Positions 1 through 9,030 of a stretch of 56,493 nt of DNA are shown piece by piece (within the stretch, counting starts at the first letter, position 1; every line of letters starts with the position of its first letter). Below the pieces are notes generated by a model. That model worked only from the letters and a program-made list of their open reading frames with translations. It was not told the DNA's origin and searched no databases. Origin of the DNA: Candidatus Dojkabacteria bacterium (GTDB lineage: Bacteria > Patescibacteriota > Dojkabacteria > J137); NCBI GenBank assembly GCA_025061805.1, contig JANWZV010000001.1:60498-116990 (forward strand), in the 5' to 3' direction. The position numbers and the translations under genes were made by a program.

Positions 1-734
1 AAAGTTCTTTGTTTTGGTAATCTATTGAAGAAACATAATTTTCTTGTATAATCCTTCGTTAATACCAAAGAAATTCTATTTATTAGATATGGTATATCAT
101 ATCCCGTCGAGTTCCATCCGCTGATTACGTCTGCATCTTGAATTGCTTCTAAAAATGTTTTCAATAGAATTTTTTCGTTTTCACATATAAAAATATTTGT
201 AAAAGAATTGTTTATGTTTTCTATGTCTTTTTCTGTTATTTCTCTGACAATGTTTTCATTTTCATCAAGAATTGTCTTCGGTGGTATAACTAACGTAAAT
301 ATTTCTTCTATCCATGACATATAAAAAGATATGGATATTATTTTTGCAAAAGGATCCGAAGGCGATGCATATCCTTTTTCAGGATCCATATCTGCCTCTA
401 TGTCGAAGAATAAAACATTCAATTCTGGACAAGGAGAATTTTTATAGTTTTTTTCGAGGCATTTGAATACCGGATTTATGTCGGATTCATATGTTTTTAT
501 TCCTTTTGATTTCAAAAGTTCCAATTCTTGTTGAAACTTTTTTTTGGATTTGGTAGTAAAAAGCTGCACTCTATTTCCGAATATAGATATATTGTCTCCT
601 TTCGGATCATCATAATAAAAATAATAATCAATGGGATATTCAATTAAATGTTTTTCTCCTTTTTCATCTTTTTCGATGACAAAGATCGTATCGTTTTCGA
701 TAAATGAATTTATGTATGAATTTTTTTTTGTCAT
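1..734 (-). CDS. Family B DNA polymerase (T4 gp43-like), N-terminal and 3'-5' exonuclease region; the gene runs off the left edge
   Basis: My own minus-strand translation from ATG 734..732 gives MTKKNSYINSFIENDTIFVIEKDEKGEKHLIEY... It carries an ExoI-type NVLFFDIEAD and an ExoII-type ISGWNSTGYDIPYLINR. There is no stop before position 1, which is why the ORF track omits it. Its ATG overlaps the TGA of the upstream ORF (ATGA). Confidence 0.8.
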   Translation of the reverse strand, partial: MTKKNSYINSFIENDTIFVIEKDEKGEKHLIEYPIDYYFYYDDPKGDNISIFGNRVQLFTTKSKKKFQQELELLKSKGIKTYESDINPVFKCLEKNYKNSPCPELNVLFFDIEADMDPEKGYASPSDPFAKIISISFYMSWIEEIFTLVIPPKTILDENENIVREITEKDIENINNSFTNIFICENEKILLKTFLEAIQDADVISGWNSTGYDIPYLINRISLVLTKDYTRKLCFFNRLPKQRT

Positions 735-1063
735 TCTGCGTTTTTTGTTGTTTTTTCTCTATTCTGTAAAATATCCAAAACGGTTTCCAGGATATCTATT
801 TTATTTTTTTCGTTTTCGAAGTAATCTATTATTTTTCTTTTGTTGTATCCAGCTTTCAATAATTTTTGAAGTTCCGATTTTCTTATGTCCAGCATCATCG
901 ATTCTTCGTTCAACATATCCTTTAAAGATTCTTTTAATGTGTCGATCTGCTCTAATATTTCTATTCCGTGATTCAATGCTCTTTTCAATCTATTCTTTTT
1001 TTCTTCTTCATTTAGTATTTCGATGATCGTGTTTTTTTCTTTTTTCCTGAATTTTCTTTTCAT
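731..1063 (-). CDS. Hypothetical K/E-rich helical protein (110 aa) lying between two DNA polymerase gene pieces
   Basis: The ORF is preceded by GAAAGGAG plus a spacer and ATG (reverse complement of 1060-1078). Its stop overlaps the start of the polymerase N-terminal ORF. I recognised no motif. Confidence 0.55.
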   Translation of the reverse strand: MKRKFRKKEKNTIIEILNEEEKKNRLKRALNHGIEILEQIDTLKESLKDMLNEESMMLDIRKSELQKLLKAGYNKRKIIDYFENEKNKIDILETVLDILQNREKTTKNAE

Positions 1064-1078
1064 TTTTTTTCTCCTTTC

Positions 1079-1447
1079 TTAAATTTCCAATTTTATTAGA
1101 ATGTCGTTTTCTTTTATTTCACTCGGTTTTATTGTTAAAATTTCCCCTTCTCTCTTGATTATCAAAGAATGGTCTTCAGTTACTTTTATTTCATCTCCTT
1201 CCTCTGACACGATTTTATAAATTTTTTTATCTGTTTCATGAGAATATAGATATTCTATCTTTTTTTCTTCTATTTTGCGAGTTTTCTTATTGAAAGAAAA
1301 TGTTTTTATATCTTCATTAAAATTCAAAAAATATTGTTTTTGATTATATGAAATTTTATTTTTGAACAATTTTTCCAATTCAGATATTTTTATTTTTGAT
1401 ATGTGATCTTTGATCTTTATGTAAATTTCTGAATCTTCCGTAACTGA
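1079..1447 (-). mobile_element. Intein N-half (Hint blocks A and B) at the pol-c site YGDTD|S; apparently a split intein because the ORF terminates after block B
   Basis: From Ser121 (codon 1447..1445) the sequence reads SVTEDSEI, matching block A (C/S-x-x-x-D-S/T-x-I/V). Further on, KVTEDHSLII matches block B (TxxH). The ORF stops about 30 aa after block B, a similar distance to that in known naturally split IntN halves. No IntC or thumb domain follows. Confidence 0.65.
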
Positions 1448-1807
1448 ATCCGTGTCGCCGTAAATTATTGTTTTGCCATTATGGTTGTAGTTGTTCGTCA
1501 ATATTTCGTTTATTTTTGACATCATATGGTATATTATTTTTCTACCAGAAAACGTAACTGATTGTCCAATTCTTTCATCATATACTCTACAGCCCTTGTT
1601 CAATATAGAACCATATAATGAATTTAACAGTATTTTTCTTATGTATTGTTGTTTATCATAATATTCGTGTTGTTTTTCTATTATATTTTTATTATTGAAA
1701 ATCAATAGTTTATTTTCTTTATCCAAAGATATTTCCAAATTTTTCATTAATTCTAAGGTTTTTTCTTTATTTCTATTTTTGATATGATAAAGCAAATCTT
1801 TTATCAT
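1079..1807 (-). CDS. Family B DNA polymerase internal fragment (fingers plus palm motifs B and C) fused to an intein N-terminal half
   Basis: Motif B is YIRKILLNSLYG and motif C is IIYGDTD. They align with T4 gp43 NRKILINSLYG and AAGDTDS. The ORF starts near the beginning of the fingers region and ends with TAA at 1079-1081. Confidence 0.8.
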   Translation of the reverse strand: MIKDLLYHIKNRNKEKTLELMKNLEISLDKENKLLIFNNKNIIEKQHEYYDKQQYIRKILLNSLYGSILNKGCRVYDERIGQSVTFSGRKIIYHMMSKINEILTNNYNHNGKTIIYGDTDSVTEDSEIYIKIKDHISKIKISELEKLFKNKISYNQKQYFLNFNEDIKTFSFNKKTRKIEEKKIEYLYSHETDKKIYKIVSEEGDEIKVTEDHSLIIKREGEILTIKPSEIKENDILIKLEI

Positions 1808-1818
1808 CTGAATTTTTT

Positions 1819-1826
1819 AATAAATA
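1819..1826 (+). promoter_or_regulatory. AATAAATA motif (T4-type late promoter-like) upstream of the gp25-like gene
   Basis: Exact 8-mer located 19 nt before ATG 1846. Confidence 0.4.
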
Positions 1827-1845
1827 TTAGAATATAAAAATAATT

Positions 1846-2259
1846 ATGTCAATAAACATAAAATCCAAGAATAGATATTTTAAGGGAATAAGAACAAATG
1901 TAAGAACAGTTTCTGAAATGGTAATTTATGATATAGATCTCGTGAAACATGATTTATTGCTTCATTTACATACACCGAAAGGAAGCAGAGTCATGTTTCC
2001 GAAATTCGGCACTACGATATATGAAAAATTATTCGAACCATTTTCTCAATCCATTTTGAATCAAATAAAAGAAGAAGTGGAATTCGTCTTCAGCCAGGAA
2101 CCTAGGGTAAAGGTTTTGAATTTGGATGTTGGTATATTGAATAACAATACCGGAATTTTTGTAGAAGTAAATTGTGAATTTTTACCATTTAAAACTATTG
2201 ATACCATATATACCGAGTTCATAAATAATTCAAGAATATTGCAAATAGAAGAACAATAA
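1846..2259 (+). CDS. Baseplate wedge protein, GPW/gp25 family
   Basis: The segment HDLLLHLHTPKGSRVMFPKFGTTIYEKLFEP matches the gp25/GPW signature (T..G.R.m.P.fG..l..llFep). The size is 137 aa. Confidence 0.8.
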   Translation: MSINIKSKNRYFKGIRTNVRTVSEMVIYDIDLVKHDLLLHLHTPKGSRVMFPKFGTTIYEKLFEPFSQSILNQIKEEVEFVFSQEPRVKVLNLDVGILNNNTGIFVEVNCEFLPFKTIDTIYTEFINNSRILQIEEQ

Positions 2260-2260
2260 G

Positions 2261-5200
2261 ATGACACAAAGTATAAGACAAAGTGATCTTTTTGCCGGTG
2301 AAAGTTGGATAAGCATATATCAGGCTTTTACGCAGATAAATTTCAATGCATATGATTTCGATTCTATAAGAAATGCACTGATAGATTACATACGAGTTAA
2401 TTATTCGGAAAATTTCAATGACTGGGTAAATTCTTCCGAGTTTATTGCTTTTATAGATTTGGTCGCTTACTTAGGACAAAGCTTAGCGTATAGAATCGAT
2501 TTGAATTCAAGAGAAAATTTCATTGATATTGCGGAAAGAAAAGAAAGTGTCTTGAGGATAGCTCAAATGCTATCCTATAAACCAAAGAGAAATTTACCTT
2601 CGCGCGGACTTCTTAGAATAGAATCTATTTCAACTAATGATGATATAATAGATTCGTTCGGAAAAAATCTCAATAATATCAACATCATATGGAACGATCC
2701 GAATAATCCCGATTGGTTCGAACATTTTATTTTAATATTGAACAACGCTCTTGTTTTTTCCAATCTTTTTGGGCAGCCGGTATCCAAGAAAATAGTAAAT
2801 GGAGTCGAGTTGAGCACTTATACTTTAAATAATGTTCCATTTGGTTTCGGTATAAAAAGTTTTAATTCTACTGTAGATGGTATAAATTTGAATTTTGATG
2901 TTGTAGGGGTTTATTTGGACGAATTCGGTAATTTCGAAGAATCGGAACCTTCCGTGAATTCATCAATTTCTATACTTTACAGAAACGATAGAAATGGATT
3001 TTCTTCCCCGAATAATGGATTTTTTATGTATTTTAAGGAGGGAACACTGGGTTTTAGGGATTTCAGGATAGAGGAATCTCTCGAAAATCGAGTTATAGAT
3101 ATAAATGTAGAAAACATAAATGAATTGGATGTTTGGGTTCAAAGCATTGACGAATCCGGTGTCAAGATAAAATCTTGGAAAAAAGTTCCTTCTGTTTTCA
3201 GTTCCAATGTCATATATAATTCTATTTCGAGAAACGAAAGAGATTTATTTGAAGTCATAACCAGGGAAAACGATCAAATATCTTTAAGATTCGGGGATAA
3301 CAAATTCAGCAATTCTCCGAGCGGTCTTTTAAGAGTTTTCTATAGGGTTTCTTCTAATTTGACATATACGATAAACAAAGATGAAATACAGAATATATCT
3401 CTTGTTTACAACTATCTGAATAGAAAAAATCAAACAAAGCAATTGGTCTTGAAATTAAGTTTAACGGAAAATGTATCTAATGCAACCAGAAGCGAATCGA
3501 TAGCAGAAATAAGAAGAAATGCCCCTAGAGTATACTATACTCAAGATAGGATGGTCAATGGAGAAGATTATAATGTCTTTCCCTTGACTAATTTATCTGC
3601 GGTAAAAATAAAAGCAGTCAATAGGGTATATTCGGGGCAAAGCAGATATCTTGATATTCATGACCCCACATCTCGTTATCAAGATGTTAATGTTTTTGGT
3701 GATGATGGAATTCTTTTTTATAATTTTGATGTCGATTACAATGAAATTCCAGTCAATCAGAATTTATCTTCTGATGAAATAATATCTAGGTTCGTTCAAC
3801 CCTTGTTGTTCAACAAAGATTTAGAAAATTTTATTGTCAAAAAATTGTTGAATAACACTTATTTTCCTGTACATCCTGCACCACTCAATCCATCCGCAGC
3901 ACAATATAATCCTTTCCCGAATTCTCCTGTCATAAGATGGAAAGGTTCGACCAATTCTAATTTTTTATCGACAGGATATTTTTATATAGATACGTCTCCG
4001 TTATCGGACGATTCTAACCCGTTGGATAAAAACAATCCCTTGATCATAAACAACATACCGCCACAAAACATAACGGATTTGTTGTCACCTGGGACGATGA
4101 TCAAGTTTCAAAACAATAAATGGGTGACTATTAAAGAAGTAGATGGCAACGGCAATGGAGTTTTTTCTAATGGAAAAGGAAAGGTTCTGTTATCGGAATA
4201 TATCGAAACAGGACAAAGAGTCGTCAAATTGATACCTCCTTTCAGAAGGAAATTAAATCTTCAAGAAATTAATAACATAAAAAACATTTTAGATTCTTTG
4301 CCTCAACAATTTGCTTTGTATTGGAATTGGTTTACACAAACATGGGAAACATATTTCATAACCAATGAAACGCCGTCGTTTGATCATCAAAATTTCATAC
4401 TTTTGTCTTCTCCGACCGATACATCAATACAACAGAATAGGTTGAATGGTTGGTTATTGTTGTTTAATTTTGATTCTCAAACAGGAAAATTGATAACTAT
4501 AAGAAGCAGAAGTTTACAATACATATTCGAAAGCGAAAAAGAAGTTAGATTTTATTTCCCGAATTACAATAAAGATTTGTTCGAAAAAATTGGAAATGTA
4601 ACTGGAGATGAAATCGTATTTTTGACGGTGAATCCGGATTCATCCTTTACTACCAATCCTCCGGTTTTTGATTCCTGGAAGAAGAATAAAATAATAGGAA
4701 CGCCGTTGAATACGAAATATAATTCCTTTTTAGTATATGAACCTTTTGTTTATAGGGACGGGTATGTGGAACCTAGAAGAATAAAGTTGATTTATAGTGA
4801 TAAGGATTATGACGGATATCCTGATAATCCCGAATTGTTTGATGAATTAGTAAACGATAATTATTTTGTTTTTTGGGAAAAATATATAGATCAATATGGT
4901 TATAGATATTATAGACCGAAAAACGATATTAGAGTAAGATTAAATTTCATTAATTTGAATCCGCCCGGACTAGATCCAATAATGAAAGATGATATAGTTT
5001 TCATTTCCTCCACGTCTAAATTTTATAAATCTTTGGTAGACAATGCTACCTTGATAACTCATTTCGAAGAAATAACTGAAATAGATAAGTATGTTTTCAG
5101 AAAAGGAAGAGCAAATATCTATTTTCAATGGAAACACACTGCGCCTTTTGGTGAAAGAATAGATCCTGCAATAACAAATGTAATAGATATTTTCGTCCTA

Positions 5201-5743
5201 GATAAAGAATATGATAGAAACATCAGAGAATGGATAAAATCCGATCTTCCCTTGGAAAAAATGCCTCAAGCACCCTCTTCTTTTGCATTGAAACAAACAT
5301 TTGAAAATATGGAAAATTATAAAATGATATCTGATCAATTGATTTATCACCCGGTCAAATACAAATTATTGTTCGGAAAAAGAGCAAAAGAAGAACTTAG
5401 AGCAAAAATACTTGTCATAAAAATTCCACAAACAACTGTTACTGATGGAGAGATAAAATCGAATATAATTTCATTGATAAATGAATATTTTTCTGTTCAA
5501 AATTGGGATTTTGGCCAAAATTTCTATTTTTCCGAATTAGCTGCTTATATTCATTTGAAAATGGCGACGGTTGTTGCTTCTATTGTCATTGTTCCATTGA
5601 ATGAGGAAAGCGTTTTCGGCAACTTATATCAAATAAAAATGGAAGACGATGAAATGCCTTTGTCGGTAGCTACGGTAGATGATATTGAAATAGTAAAGAC
5701 ATTCAATGATAAGAATTTAAGAATGTTATTTAGAGTAAATTAA
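2261..5743 (+). CDS. Large baseplate wedge protein (gp6 / baseplate J-like), 1160 aa
   Basis: It starts 1 nt after the gp25-like stop. The N-terminal region FDSIRNALIDYIRVNYSENFNDWVNSSEFIAFIDLVAYLGQSLAYRIDLNSRENF resembles the N-terminus of the baseplate J/gp6 family. Confidence 0.5.
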   Translation: MTQSIRQSDLFAGESWISIYQAFTQINFNAYDFDSIRNALIDYIRVNYSENFNDWVNSSEFIAFIDLVAYLGQSLAYRIDLNSRENFIDIAERKESVLRIAQMLSYKPKRNLPSRGLLRIESISTNDDIIDSFGKNLNNINIIWNDPNNPDWFEHFILILNNALVFSNLFGQPVSKKIVNGVELSTYTLNNVPFGFGIKSFNSTVDGINLNFDVVGVYLDEFGNFEESEPSVNSSISILYRNDRNGFSSPNNGFFMYFKEGTLGFRDFRIEESLENRVIDINVENINELDVWVQSIDESGVKIKSWKKVPSVFSSNVIYNSISRNERDLFEVITRENDQISLRFGDNKFSNSPSGLLRVFYRVSSNLTYTINKDEIQNISLVYNYLNRKNQTKQLVLKLSLTENVSNATRSESIAEIRRNAPRVYYTQDRMVNGEDYNVFPLTNLSAVKIKAVNRVYSGQSRYLDIHDPTSRYQDVNVFGDDGILFYNFDVDYNEIPVNQNLSSDEIISRFVQPLLFNKDLENFIVKKLLNNTYFPVHPAPLNPSAAQYNPFPNSPVIRWKGSTNSNFLSTGYFYIDTSPLSDDSNPLDKNNPLIINNIPPQNITDLLSPGTMIKFQNNKWVTIKEVDGNGNGVFSNGKGKVLLSEYIETGQRVVKLIPPFRRKLNLQEINNIKNILDSLPQQFALYWNWFTQTWETYFITNETPSFDHQNFILLSSPTDTSIQQNRLNGWLLLFNFDSQTGKLITIRSRSLQYIFESEKEVRFYFPNYNKDLFEKIGNVTGDEIVFLTVNPDSSFTTNPPVFDSWKKNKIIGTPLNTKYNSFLVYEPFVYRDGYVEPRRIKLIYSDKDYDGYPDNPELFDELVNDNYFVFWEKYIDQYGYRYYRPKNDIRVRLNFINLNPPGLDPIMKDDIVFISSTSKFYKSLVDNATLITHFEEITEIDKYVFRKGRANIYFQWKHTAPFGERIDPAITNVIDIFVLDKEYDRNIREWIKSDLPLEKMPQAPSSFALKQTFENMENYKMISDQLIYHPVKYKLLFGKRAKEELRAKILVIKIPQTTVTDGEIKSNIISLINEYFSVQNWDFGQNFYFSELAAYIHLKMATVVASIVIVPLNEESVFGNLYQIKMEDDEMPLSVATVDDIEIVKTFNDKNLRMLFRVN

Positions 5744-5751
5744 AATAAATA
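5744..5751 (+). promoter_or_regulatory. AATAAATA motif upstream of ORF 5758
   Basis: Exact 8-mer located 6 nt before the ATG. Confidence 0.3.
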
Positions 5752-5757
5752 ATTTCG

Positions 5758-6375
5758 ATGCCTTTATATAATGATAATAATTATTTTCTGACTGCCATAG
5801 AAGCAAGGGTTGGAGCCAGAAAAAATCTGATAATATTCAATGAAGTCAGGGCAATAGAAGAGGGAATTCTCAATGCCATAGAATTAGGTCAATTGTCTGT
5901 TAATGTTGAAAACACTTATATGACGGATACAACGACAGTATTTCCAGTACAAAATATATCCTCAGTTAATATAACCACGAATGTTTTTAATACGGCAACG
6001 CCACACGGTTTATCGAATGGGGATATCGTGAGATTTCAATCTACGGGATTATATCCATCTCCGATAACATTTTCAAGAGTATATTATGTTAGAGTTGTAA
6101 CTCCGACTTCTTTTTCTTTGACATTGACTTTGCAGGATGCTTTATCTGGTACGAATATTATCGATATTTTGTCTACCGGAACAGGAACATTACAGTTCAG
6201 AAAACAATCCCAATCGATGTTATATTTTTTGGTATGGAAAGAAATATATAAAGATAGGGTCTTATTTGATCAAATGGAAGTTGTTATTAATTATTTCAAA
6301 AGATTAGGATATGGGATAAACAGAAAAACGAATCAATCAACCAATGTTACGTTTTACTGGGAAATTTTATGGTAA
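5758..6375 (+). CDS. Hypothetical protein of the virion module (205 aa)
   Basis: The ORF follows the gp6-like gene. Its T/S/V-rich composition resembles the structural genes. No motif recognised. Confidence 0.55.
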   Translation: MPLYNDNNYFLTAIEARVGARKNLIIFNEVRAIEEGILNAIELGQLSVNVENTYMTDTTTVFPVQNISSVNITTNVFNTATPHGLSNGDIVRFQSTGLYPSPITFSRVYYVRVVTPTSFSLTLTLQDALSGTNIIDILSTGTGTLQFRKQSQSMLYFLVWKEIYKDRVLFDQMEVVINYFKRLGYGINRKTNQSTNVTFYWEILW

Positions 6376-6391
6376 AAATTTTGTTTTCAAT

Positions 6392-6399
6392 AATAAATA
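6392..6399 (+). promoter_or_regulatory. AATAAATA motif upstream of ORF 6418
   Basis: Exact 8-mer located 18 nt before the ATG. Confidence 0.35.
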
Positions 6400-6417
6400 A
6401 GAAAAAAGAAAGAAAAA

Positions 6418-6984
6418 ATGATGAAAAGAAAAATATTTGAAAACAAAAGAAAAAATTTGAGGATAATTTTAGAAAACGAGCTAGATAAAGCAGAAACCAT
6501 TTTAGCTGTAAAATACATAAACGAACAATTGACGAAATTATCGCAACAAATTACCGATATAATGGGAAAAGATATAGTATCTGTATCGGACAAGATTTCT
6601 CAATTATGGTCTTCTAGTCATGCCGAAAAATTCAATGAAATTGTTTTAAGTGAGTCTGAAAACATACTGAATTGTTTACGTAAAGCTAGAACAAGAATAA
6701 ATGATTTCATGGAAACATTAGAAAATAAAGTTCGTGATAAAAATGAAAAATCCGGTGACTTCGAAAAATTGGATTTATTCAATAATACGGAGATCGAAGA
6801 TGATGTTTCAGTAAAAAATTTTGAAGATAAAAGCAGGGGAAAAAACCAAATAAAAAAGGTGGAAACGGATTATTCTTTTGAAGTGAGGAAAAGAAAAAAA
6901 GAAGATAATAAAACAAAAGTAGCTGAATCTTATTCAAGAAAAAGAAAAAAAGATACATTATTCAGAAAAATAAAAAAAAAATAA
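6418..6984 (+). CDS. Hypothetical K/E-rich protein (188 aa) ending in an A10 tract
   Basis: ORF from the track. Its last codons, AAA AAA AAA TAA, lie within the A10 run at 6972-6981. Confidence 0.6.
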   Translation: MMKRKIFENKRKNLRIILENELDKAETILAVKYINEQLTKLSQQITDIMGKDIVSVSDKISQLWSSSHAEKFNEIVLSESENILNCLRKARTRINDFMETLENKVRDKNEKSGDFEKLDLFNNTEIEDDVSVKNFEDKSRGKNQIKKVETDYSFEVRKRKKEDNKTKVAESYSRKRKKDTLFRKIKKK

Positions 6985-7063
6985 AATAGTAGAAAGTGTT
7001 TTAAAAACATTACCGAAAAAAAGAAGATTTTCTTTCGATGTAAATGGTGTAAATATAGAAGTT

Positions 7064-7393
7064 TTGCCAGAAGATTACAATAAATTCTTAAGCAATGAAA
7101 AATTAATGGAATATTGTTATCGTGAATTCAACAAAAACAAAGAATTTAGAAGATTGTCAAGATTTTTGAAAAATTTAGACGATAATGGCGTGATTCTTTC
7201 TGGAATATTATTGGAAAAAATTTTTCCAAGTAAAGTAAATTTGATTGAAGTTGCACCTCCTTCCAAGAAAATTGAAAAATTCATAAACGATAGCAAAGAA
7301 AGTTTTAGAAAAAGATATGGGAAAGCCTGGAAAAAAATATTATATGCTACTGCTTGGAAAAAATACAATATGATGAAAAATTCTAAAAAATGA
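7064..7393 (+). CDS. Hypothetical protein; it has no ATG start and may be a +1-frame continuation of ORF 6418
   Basis: The only start candidate is TTG at 7064. The same frame is open back to 6974, inside the A10 tract. Confidence 0.4.
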   Translation: MPEDYNKFLSNEKLMEYCYREFNKNKEFRRLSRFLKNLDDNGVILSGILLEKIFPSKVNLIEVAPPSKKIEKFINDSKESFRKRYGKAWKKILYATAWKKYNMMKNSKK

Positions 7394-7676
7394 TAATATC
7401 ATTCAAGCTAAAATTATTTGTTTCTTTTGGTTTTTCTTTGTTTTTTATGATTTTAACCCCGTTTTTCAATAATTTTATTTCTAATTTTTGAATAAAATTC
7501 ATTTCTCCTTTTAGGATTTTATCACGAATAGTTTCATAGTCTTCGTCGTTTTTATCAAGCAACAATTTACGAAATTTTTCGTTTTGCTTGATACCTGATA
7601 TTTCTTTTATAGTTTTTTTATCTTCGTCTAACGAAACATATATGGTGATTTCTGTTTCATTTTTTGAATTTTCCAT
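7383..7676 (-). CDS. Hypothetical protein (97 aa)
   Basis: ORF from the track, in tight packing with its neighbours. Confidence 0.5.
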   Translation of the reverse strand: MENSKNETEITIYVSLDEDKKTIKEISGIKQNEKFRKLLLDKNDEDYETIRDKILKGEMNFIQKLEIKLLKNGVKIIKNKEKPKETNNFSLNDIIIF

Positions 7677-9018
7677 ATTTTTGTTCTAGTAATTTTTTTA
7701 TTTCTTCTTTATTTATTTTCAAGAAGAATTCTTTTCTTATTTCTGTCAGATTTTTTTGTTCTCTGATGTCCTTTTCCAAATGAACTTGTGTGGGAGCTTG
7801 AACCGAAAGACCATTGTCCGTAAATTTGACATCTGTTTCATCTATGAATTTTTCCATGATTTCTTCTTTTGTTTTTAATTCTTGAAAATCTGAAAATCCA
7901 TTTTTCCAATCTACGATTATACAAGGAACATACCAATTGTTTTTTTGGCAAATATAAAGTCTGCTTCCTCCTAAAAATTCACAAAACAGCCTTTTTTCTT
8001 CCTTGAATTTCTTTATGTAAGATGTTTCGACTTCTTCAAATGATCTTACTCTTGGTAAATAAGAATTAACTATTATAGGATTTCGCAATCCATCTTTTCT
8101 TATGGATTCTTCCAACTTTTGATAGAATTTTATTTTTTTATTGAAATGATTGACATATAATTCTTCTATTTTTTTCTTTAAGATTTTGTTTTCTTTTTCT
8201 TCTTCATCCAATGGAAAAACATGTTCCGGCGAAGCCAAATTGTAGATATCTTTAGAAAATATCAAACCGAATCTTATCTTGTAAAGATGTTCAAATTCAT
8301 TTTTATTTGATTCCGAGATATATATTTTTTTAGGTCTTTTATAAACAGGAAGAAGAGTTTTTATGTCTATTGTCTTTAGAGATTCGAATTTTTTCTTTTC
8401 TTTTTTATTAAAATCATCGTCTATGAAATTTTTTATTATTAATCTTATCTTATTTTTTATGTTTTTTATTATTCTTTGTGATCCTAATTTTCTATTGAAA
8501 GTTTGTAAATTTTTTTGATATTGTAATAATTTTTCTTTAGATTTAATTTTTGTATCGAGTTCCTCTTTTGGTGTGAACGACTTCAATGATTCGTTGTTTT
8601 TTTGAATCGATACATTTGGACTTTCGTATGTTTTCTTGTACTGATCTAAATTTATATCTTTTTCTTTTATTCTGAATTTTTTAGTGTTATTTTTGATAAT
8701 TTCTTTTTGTATTTCTTCTTCTTTCTTTTCTTCGGTTATGTTTTCTATTTCAGTTTCTATTTTTTTGAATTTTTTCAAGATTATCTTTTCTTTGAAATCT
8801 TTTTTCTCTTCTAAGTTTTTTTCTATCGACTTCACTATATTTTTTATGTCTGTTTTTAATTCTTCGTAATTTTTGTTTTCAATATTTTGAATCAAATTTG
8901 AAAGTTTTAAGATATATTCTGGTATGTTTTTATCTTCTTTGACGTTTTCTTTTATGAAGTTATCTTGTTTTCTTTCATAAGAAAATTTATATTTTTTGTT
9001 CTTTGGACTGTAAAACAT
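7657..9018 (-). CDS. Protein with a long K/E-rich N-terminal region and a ParB/sulfiredoxin-like C-terminal domain
   Basis: LEESIRKDGLRNPIIVN ... LGGSRLYICQKNNWYVPCIIVD resembles the ParB N-terminal domain pattern (L..SI...G...PI.V ... G..R..A ... vP.iv.d). Confidence 0.35.
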   Translation of the reverse strand: MFYSPKNKKYKFSYERKQDNFIKENVKEDKNIPEYILKLSNLIQNIENKNYEELKTDIKNIVKSIEKNLEEKKDFKEKIILKKFKKIETEIENITEEKKEEEIQKEIIKNNTKKFRIKEKDINLDQYKKTYESPNVSIQKNNESLKSFTPKEELDTKIKSKEKLLQYQKNLQTFNRKLGSQRIIKNIKNKIRLIIKNFIDDDFNKKEKKKFESLKTIDIKTLLPVYKRPKKIYISESNKNEFEHLYKIRFGLIFSKDIYNLASPEHVFPLDEEEKENKILKKKIEELYVNHFNKKIKFYQKLEESIRKDGLRNPIIVNSYLPRVRSFEEVETSYIKKFKEEKRLFCEFLGGSRLYICQKNNWYVPCIIVDWKNGFSDFQELKTKEEIMEKFIDETDVKFTDNGLSVQAPTQVHLEKDIREQKNLTEIRKEFFLKINKEEIKKLLEQKYGKFKK

Positions 9019-9030
9019 AATAAATTTGTG

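Noticed and set aside
631-1026. Plus-strand 131-aa ORF overlapping the polymerase N-terminus and the 110-aa ORF
   Set aside because: It is an F/L/S-rich antisense shadow. The minus strand carries recognisable ExoI/ExoII motifs and SD-coupled genes.
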